Made by a program: the position numbers and the translations under genes
Assembly (NCBI GenBank): GCA_021810635.1
Contig: JAJZIH010000007.1
Location: 17,563-81,562, forward strand
Source of the DNA: Pseudomonadota bacterium
Lineage (GTDB): Bacteria; Pseudomonadota; Gammaproteobacteria; JAKAQQ01
Direction of reading: 5' to 3'
DNA length: 64,000 nt
Notes under the pieces: model-generated
What the model saw: the letters and a program-made list of their open reading frames with translations, nothing else
Told to the model about the DNA's origin: nothing
The model's database searches: none
Shown: piece by piece, positions 58,344 to 64,000 of the stretch
Layout of the letters: each line of letters begins with the position of its first letter
Numbering within the stretch: the first letter of the stretch is position 1

Positions 58344-58998
58344 CCACCGCTACCTCGTGGTGGAAGGGCCGATTGGTGTCGGGAAAACCACGCTGGCCAA
58401 GCGTCTCGCCGAAACGTTTGGAGCCGAACCCCTGCTCGAACAGGCAGACGAAAATCCCTTCCTCGAGCGCTTCTATCGCGACCCCCGGCGTGCCGCGCTG
58501 CCGACCCAGCTGTTTTTCCTGTTCCAGCGGGCCCGGGCCCTGGCGGGGCTCAAACAGGGAGAGCTGTTCCAGCCGGTCCGGATCAGCGATTACCTGTTTG
58601 CCAAGGACCGGATCTTTGCCCAGCTGACCCTCGAGTCGGACGAGCTGGCGCTCTATGACCAGGTCTACGAGCGGTTGGCGGTCGGTCTTCCCACCCCCGA
58701 CCTGGTCGTCGGTCTGCAGGCGCCGGTCGAGGTCCTCGCCCGGCGCGTTGCCCGCCGCAATATCGGCTACGAACAGTTGATGCGCCGGGAATACCTCGAG
58801 CAGGTGGTGTCCGCGTATGCTCATTTTTTCCACCACTATGACGACTCTCCGCTGCTCATTGTGAACGCCAGCGAAATCAACCCGCTGGAACGGGAGGACG
58901 ATTACGAAAACCTGGTCGGGGAAATCGGCAAGATCCGGGCGGGCCGCCATTTTTTCAATCCCTCCCCGACCTCCGCCCGTTCCGAGTCGATCGCATGA
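58321..58998 (+). CDS. deoxynucleoside kinase
   Basis: P-loop VVEGPIGVGKTTLA, ENPFLERFY and the LFFLFQR pattern of the dNK family. Confidence 0.8.
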   Translation: MPSPAFSDHRYLVVEGPIGVGKTTLAKRLAETFGAEPLLEQADENPFLERFYRDPRRAALPTQLFFLFQRARALAGLKQGELFQPVRISDYLFAKDRIFAQLTLESDELALYDQVYERLAVGLPTPDLVVGLQAPVEVLARRVARRNIGYEQLMRREYLEQVVSAYAHFFHHYDDSPLLIVNASEINPLEREDDYENLVGEIGKIRAGRHFFNPSPTSARSESIA

Positions 58999-59834
58999 GC
59001 GGACCCTACGCATCCCCCCGGTCGAATGCCTCCTCTCCGGCCGTGACCCTGCCCGCCCTCGGCAAGCTGCGGCAGGCCGGGCAGCCCATCGTTTGTCTCA
59101 CCGCCTACGATGCGAGCTTCGCCGCGATTCTCGACGAGGCGGGAGTGGACGTGGTCCTCGTGGGCGATTCCCTCGGCATGGTGGTTCAGGGACATGCCAG
59201 CACGATTCCGGTCACGGTGGATCACATGGTCTACCACACCACCCTGGTCTCCCGCGCCCTGAGGCGGGCTTGGCTGATCGCGGATCTGCCGTTTTTGAGT
59301 TATGCCGACCCGGCCAGCGCGTTGGCCAATGCCGGGCGACTGCTCCAGGAGGCGGGGGCCAAGATGGTCAAGCTCGAAGGACACGCCGGCCAGGCCGCCA
59401 TCGTCGAAACCCTCGCGGCCAACGGGATTCCGGTCTGCGCCCACCTGGGTCTGCGCCCCCAGTCCGAATACAAGATCGGCGGGTTCCGGGCGGCCGGCCG
59501 GAACCCGGCCGAAGCGGAAAAGATGTGCGAGGACGCCCGGCGCCTCGAGGAAGCGGGTGCCGACCTCCTGCTCCTCGAGTGTGTGCCCTCACGGCTGGCG
59601 GCGGAAATCACGAAGGCCGCGCACGTTCCGGTGATCGGAATCGGAGCGGGCCCTGGAGTCGACGGCCAGATCCTCGTGCTCTATGACATCCTGGGGCTCA
59701 GCCGGGGTGTCCGCCCCCGCTTTGCCCAGGACTTCCTCACGGGCGGCCGTTCCATTGCGGAGGCGGTGGCCGCCTTTGCCGAAGCGGTCCGGAACCGGAC
59801 CTATCCCGAGCCCCGGCACGGCTTCGAGTCCTGA
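58995..59834 (+). CDS. panB: 3-methyl-2-oxobutanoate hydroxymethyltransferase
   Basis: 279 aa. LTAYDASFA, VLVGDSLGMV, VKLEG, LLLECVP. Confidence 0.95.
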   Translation: MSGPYASPRSNASSPAVTLPALGKLRQAGQPIVCLTAYDASFAAILDEAGVDVVLVGDSLGMVVQGHASTIPVTVDHMVYHTTLVSRALRRAWLIADLPFLSYADPASALANAGRLLQEAGAKMVKLEGHAGQAAIVETLAANGIPVCAHLGLRPQSEYKIGGFRAAGRNPAEAEKMCEDARRLEEAGADLLLLECVPSRLAAEITKAAHVPVIGIGAGPGVDGQILVLYDILGLSRGVRPRFAQDFLTGGRSIAEAVAAFAEAVRNRTYPEPRHGFES

Positions 59835-59841
59835 ATCCGTC

Positions 59842-60768
59842 GTGCAGTCCGCGACCGACGGTTCGATTTCTGGCCGGGCGCCCGGGGCAAGACGGCGTCC
59901 CCTGGCCGTGGTTCAGGGCCGGCAGGGGCTTTGCGCGCTGGTCCGGGAGTGGCAGGCGGCCGGACAGACGGTGGCCTTGGTGCCGACCATGGGCAATCTG
60001 CATGCCGGACACCACCGGCTGGTCGAATACGGCCAGTCCGCCGCCCATCGCACGGTGGTGAGCGTGTTCGTGAACCCGACCCAGTTCGGGCCCGGAGAGG
60101 ATTTCTCCCGCTATCCGCGGACGCTGGAACGGGACCTCCGGGATCTCGCACGGCTGGGAGTCGATCTGGTCTATGCACCGGAGGCGGGTGATCTTTATCC
60201 CTTTGGAACCGCAGAGGCCGTCCGGATCGAGGTCCCCGGCCCCTCCGGGCCGCTTTGCGGAGCCTTCCGCCCCGGCCATTTTGCCGGGGTGGCCGGAGTG
60301 GTCCTGCGCCTCCTGCTCGCGGTCCATCCGGATCTCGCGATTTTCGGAGAGAAGGACTATCAGCAGTGGACGGTCATCCGCCGTCTCGTGGCCGATCTCG
60401 GCTTTCCGGTCGGGATCCATCGGGTTCCGACCGTGCGTGAACCCGATGGGTTGGCCATGAGTTCGCGCAACCAGTACCTGACGGACGCGGAACGGAGGCG
60501 GGCTCCAGAACTGTACCGGACGCTCCTGGACCTATCCCGCTCCCTGCTGTCCGGCCGACGGGATTTTCAGCTCCTCGAGCTCGAAGCCGGGCAACGGCTG
60601 GCCGCAGCCGGCCTCGTTCCGGACTACGTGGCCATTCGGACCGAGGAGAGCCTGGAGCCTCCCGATCCTTTGGCCGGACCGGAGGACTGGCGACTGCTGG
60701 CCGCGGTCCGCCTCGGCGCGACGCGTCTGATCGACAATGTTTCCGCTCAGGCGGCTGGTTTACAATAG
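59842..60768 (+). CDS. panC: pantoate--beta-alanine ligase
   Basis: In-frame GTG 59842. [35 protein letters not shown]. Confidence 0.92.
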   Translation: MQSATDGSISGRAPGARRRPLAVVQGRQGLCALVREWQAAGQTVALVPTMGNLHAGHHRLVEYGQSAAHRTVVSVFVNPTQFGPGEDFSRYPRTLERDLRDLARLGVDLVYAPEAGDLYPFGTAEAVRIEVPGPSGPLCGAFRPGHFAGVAGVVLRLLLAVHPDLAIFGEKDYQQWTVIRRLVADLGFPVGIHRVPTVREPDGLAMSSRNQYLTDAERRRAPELYRTLLDLSRSLLSGRRDFQLLELEAGQRLAAAGLVPDYVAIRTEESLEPPDPLAGPEDWRLLAAVRLGATRLIDNVSAQAAGLQ

Positions 60769-60796
60769 ACTCCCCGCGAATCCGGTCCCGGTAGCC

Positions 60797-61183
60797 ATGT
60801 TCATCACGACCCTCAAGGCGAAAATACACCGCGCCCGTGTGACCGGGGTGCACGCCGACTACGAGGGTTCCTGTGCCATCGACCAGGCGCTTCTCGATGC
60901 GGCCGGGCTCCTCGAATTTGAACAGATCCATCTCTACAACGTGTCCAACGGCGAGCGGCTCGTCACCTATGCGATCCCGGCGCCGTCCGGCAGCGGCACG
61001 ATTTCGCTCAACGGAGCGGCTGCCCACAAGGCAGAGACCGGGGATCTCATCATCATTGCGGCCTATGCGGTCCTGTCCGCCGCCGAGGCCGGCTCGTTCC
61101 GGCCGACTTTGGTCTATGTCGATGCCGCAAACCACCTGCTTCGGGTGGGATCGGCGATCGGCCGCAGGGAGACCCGTGCCTGA
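60797..61183 (+). CDS. panD: aspartate 1-decarboxylase
   Basis: [29 protein letters not shown] (self-processing Gly-Ser) ...NGAAA. Confidence 0.95.
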   Translation: MFITTLKAKIHRARVTGVHADYEGSCAIDQALLDAAGLLEFEQIHLYNVSNGERLVTYAIPAPSGSGTISLNGAAAHKAETGDLIIIAAYAVLSAAEAGSFRPTLVYVDAANHLLRVGSAIGRRETRA

Positions 61184-61328
61184 ACGGTTCCCAGGGAGAG
61201 GAACCCGACCCCGGCCGGGCTCGTGTTAAAATCCCCCGAGTTCCGATCCCATCCGATCAACCGCTTCCCGGCTCGGGTCCCGCAGGGAGCCGATGCGGCA
61301 GGCGGGGGGTGAGTGCAACCCACCGATC

Positions 61329-62537
61329 ATGATATCCACGGCTCTCCTCGCCCTTGCAGACGGAAGCATTTTCGAGGGCCGTTCCGTTGGACATGAAGGA
61401 CAGGCCGCGGGTGAGGTGGTTTTCAACACCGCCCTCACGGGATACCAGGAGATTCTGACCGACCCTTCCTACTATGGCCAGCTCGTGGTGCTCACCATGC
61501 CGCATGTCGGCAACGTGGGGGCCAACCGCTCCGATGAGGAAAGCACCGCCCCGGCGGCGTCCGGGGTGATCCTGCGCAACGCCAGCCGGCTGGCGAGCAG
61601 CTGGCGGGCCGAGGTTTCGCTCGAATCCTTTTTCCATTCACGCCGCCTCGTCGCCATCGCTGAAGTCGATACCCGTCGGCTGACCCGTCATCTGCGGGAT
61701 CGGGGAGCCCAAAACGGCTGTATCCTGACCGGTCCCGTGACGGACGCTCAGCGGGAGCTTGCGCGGAACACGGCCCGGGCCCTGCCCCCGATGGCGGGAT
61801 GCGACCTGACCCCGGACGTCAGCCGTCCGCGTCCGGTTCCGTGGACGCGGGGCGTCTGGCAGCCGACTCGAGGGCCAGGGGTTCGCGGGCCGGGCATCCC
61901 GCGCCCTGGCGGCGACGCCCCCCATCTCGTGGTTTACGATTTCGGGGTCAAGCGGAACATCCTGGGACTGCTCGTCGACCGCGGCTGCCGGGTGACCGTG
62001 GTTCCGGCCGCGACCCGGGTCGAGGAGGGACTGGCGCTCCGGCCCGACGGGGTTTTGTTCTCCAACGGACCCGGAGATCCCGAGGCCATGGGTTCCGCGG
62101 TGGCCACGGCCCGAGCCTGGCTGGCCCGGCGTGTTCCCTTTTTCGGCATCTGCCTCGGCCACCAGCTGTTGGGCCTGGCGAGCGGGGGACGGACCGTCAA
62201 GATGAAGTTCGGCCACCACGGAGCCAACCATCCGGTCATCGAACTGGCCACCGGGCGGGTCTGGATCACAAGCCAGAACCATGGCTTTACCGTCGACGAA
62301 GCGTCGCTGCCCCAGACGGTGTGCGTGACGCACCGTTCCCTGTTCGACGGCACGCTCCAGGGTTTCATGCGGACCGATGTGCCGGCCCTGGGATTCCAGG
62401 GACATCCGGAAGCCAGTCCCGGCCCCCACGATGCGGCGGGGCTGTTTGACCGGTTCCTGACGATCGTGGCGGGATCTGCGCCGGCCGCGGGGAGTCTCAC
62501 GGCCGGACGGGAGGGCCCCCATGCCCCGGCGGACTGA
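61329..62537 (+). CDS. carA: carbamoyl-phosphate synthase small subunit
   Basis: [17 protein letters not shown], the GATase domain GICLGHQLL (catalytic Cys), and HGANHPV. Confidence 0.95.
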   Translation: MISTALLALADGSIFEGRSVGHEGQAAGEVVFNTALTGYQEILTDPSYYGQLVVLTMPHVGNVGANRSDEESTAPAASGVILRNASRLASSWRAEVSLESFFHSRRLVAIAEVDTRRLTRHLRDRGAQNGCILTGPVTDAQRELARNTARALPPMAGCDLTPDVSRPRPVPWTRGVWQPTRGPGVRGPGIPRPGGDAPHLVVYDFGVKRNILGLLVDRGCRVTVVPAATRVEEGLALRPDGVLFSNGPGDPEAMGSAVATARAWLARRVPFFGICLGHQLLGLASGGRTVKMKFGHHGANHPVIELATGRVWITSQNHGFTVDEASLPQTVCVTHRSLFDGTLQGFMRTDVPALGFQGHPEASPGPHDAAGLFDRFLTIVAGSAPAAGSLTAGREGPHAPAD

Positions 62538-64000
62538 TCTCGAGAGCATCCTCGTGATCGGAGCCGGGCCCATCGTCATCGGCCAGGCCTGCGAGTTTGA
62601 TTATTCGGGTACGCAGGCCTTGAAGGCCCTGCGCGAGGAGGGTTACCGCGTCATCCTGGTCAATTCGAATCCCGCCACGATCATGACGGATCCGGAGCTG
62701 GCCGATGCCGTTTACATCGAGCCCATCCGATGGCCCACCATCGCCCGGATCATCGAACGCGAGCGGCCCTCCGCGCTCCTGCCCACGATGGGCGGGCAGA
62801 CGGCGCTCAATACCGCGCTCGATCTCGTTCGCGAGGGCGTGCTGGCCGGGTTTGGCGTCGAACTCATCGGGGCCTCTCGTGCGGCCATCGACATGGCGGA
62901 AGACCGGGACCGGTTCAAGCGGGCGATGACGGAAATCGGCCTCCTCACCCCGCGTTCGGGTCTGGCCCATTCACTGGACGATGCGCTGGTCATCCAGAGG
63001 GAAATCGGGTTCCCGGCGGTGATCCGGCCGTCCTTTACTCTGGGTGGATCGGGGGGGGGGATCGCCTACAACCGGGAGGAGTTCGTGGCGATTGTTGAAA
63101 ATGGCCTGGCCCAGTCCCCGACGCGGGAAATCCTGGTCGAGGCCTCGCTGCTCGGGTGGAAGGAGTTTGAGCTCGAGGTGGTCCGGGACCGCCGGGACAA
63201 TTGCATCATCGTCTGTACCATCGAAAACCTGGATCCCATGGGCGTGCATACGGGAGACTCGATCACGGTGGCCCCGGCCCTGACCCTCACGGACAAGGAG
63301 GCGCAGCGTTTGCGCAACGATGCCATCGCCGTTCTCCGTAAGGTCGGGGTGGAAACGGGGGGATCCAACGTCCAGTTCGCCATCCATCCACGGACCGGCG
63401 AGGTCCACGTCATTGAGATGAACCCCCGGGTCTCGCGTTCCTCGGCATTGGCGTCCAAGGCGACGGGCTTCCCCATCGCCCGCATCGCGGCCAAGCTGGC
63501 CGTTGGATATACGCTGGACGAACTGGAAAACGAGATCACCGCCGGCCGCACGCCGGCTTCCTTCGAGCCCACGATCGATTATGTCGTGACCAAGATGCCG
63601 CGCTTCAATTTCGAGAAGTTTCCCGAGGCGACGGACCGGTTGTCGACGCAGATGCGTGCGGTGGGCGAGGTCATGGCGATCGGGGGCAGTTTTGCCGAAT
63701 CCCTGCAGAAGGCCATTCGGGGGCTCGAGATCGGGGATGACGGGTTCGTTCCGCGGATCCCGGCCGGGCCACTCGGGCCTGACGAGCGCGAGCGGCTGGT
63801 CCGGGAGTTGCGGGTTCCCGGCCCGGACCGGCTGTGGTATGCCGCCGACGCGTTCCGCCAGGATTGGACGCTGGAGGAAGTGGCCGGTCTCACGGCGATC
63901 GATCCCTGGTTCCTCGACCAGATCCGTTCACTGGTGGCCGAGGAACGGTGGGTGACCCAATCGGGACTTCCCGGTCTCGATCAGGAGCGCTTGCGGGATC
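62521..64000 (+). CDS. carB: carbamoyl-phosphate synthase large subunit (5' part; continues past the window end)
   Basis: Not in the ORF track because there is no stop in the window. ATG 62521: [33 protein letters not shown]...IRPSFTLGG...[22 protein letters not shown] is canonical CarB. It overlaps the carA end by 17 nt. Confidence 0.95.
   Translation, partial: MPRRTDLESILVIGAGPIVIGQACEFDYSGTQALKALREEGYRVILVNSNPATIMTDPELADAVYIEPIRWPTIARIIERERPSALLPTMGGQTALNTALDLVREGVLAGFGVELIGASRAAIDMAEDRDRFKRAMTEIGLLTPRSGLAHSLDDALVIQREIGFPAVIRPSFTLGGSGGGIAYNREEFVAIVENGLAQSPTREILVEASLLGWKEFELEVVRDRRDNCIIVCTIENLDPMGVHTGDSITVAPALTLTDKEAQRLRNDAIAVLRKVGVETGGSNVQFAIHPRTGEVHVIEMNPRVSRSSALASKATGFPIARIAAKLAVGYTLDELENEITAGRTPASFEPTIDYVVTKMPRFNFEKFPEATDRLSTQMRAVGEVMAIGGSFAESLQKAIRGLEIGDDGFVPRIPAGPLGPDERERLVRELRVPGPDRLWYAADAFRQDWTLEEVAGLTAIDPWFLDQIRSLVAEERWVTQSGLPGLDQERLRD

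Noticed and set aside
61790-61930. Gly/Pro/Arg-rich segment in CarA as a foreign insertion
   Set aside because: It occupies the normal variable linker between the N-terminal and glutaminase domains, and the overall length is close to standard CarA.

Overview
High-GC proteobacterial chromosomal segment, read by eye from the translated ORFs and the raw sequence; no database search was run. Most of the window is ordinary syntenic housekeeping DNA: rfbB-rfbC, a prolyl oligopeptidase, an aldo/keto reductase plus Zn-alcohol dehydrogenase pair, and csrA-tRNA-Ser(GCU). It continues with lspA-ileS-ribF-murJ (minus strand) divergent from metF-metH, then rpsT, then obgE-rpmA-rplU divergent from ispB-tRNA-Pro(CGG). 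The right part holds dedA, ggt, a YbbN/CnoX-like thioredoxin, an Nramp transporter, a DUF255/YyaL-like thioredoxin-fold protein, fdxA, tRNA-Glu(CUC), pcnB-folK-dNK-panB-panC-panD and carA-carB (carB runs off the right edge). Two accessory blocks start immediately 3' of tRNA genes. Block 1 (about 10.1-26.1 kb, after tRNA-Ser) is a mosaic. It holds a decayed large serine recombinase whose ORF reads antisense into the tRNA, a DUF6516/TumE-like plus HTH pair, and an intact IS200/IS605-type tnpA. It also holds a four-gene sulfur cluster (internally deleted cysteine desulfurase, ArsR-rhodanese fusion, DsrE-like, SQR-like flavoprotein), an SDR-GMC-MFS operon and a TonB-receptor stub cut by an IS1595 remnant. 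The rest of block 1 is a small-protein plus retropepsin-like protease cassette split over two frames at a T TTT TTC heptamer, DUF488, a VOC protein, and a small-ORF/TonB_C-like/lipoprotein operon. Block 2 (40,471-48,650, after tRNA-Pro) is visibly lower in GC and ends at a degenerate copy of the tRNA 3' end. It has no integrase, carries fragments of at least four IS families, orphan membrane ORFs, an intact fabA-fabB pair, an HD-GYP remnant, vapBC and mrr. I saw no CRISPR array, rRNA, prophage or recognisable multi-gene defence system. I cannot point to a clearly novel complete system. The candidates most worth follow-up are the two-frame retropepsin-like cassette (possible -1 programmed frameshift versus simple pseudogene), the ArsR-rhodanese sulfur cluster with its candidate operator, the RBS-backed 72-aa ORF upstream of a TonB_C-like gene, and fabAB inside a decayed tRNA-Pro island.
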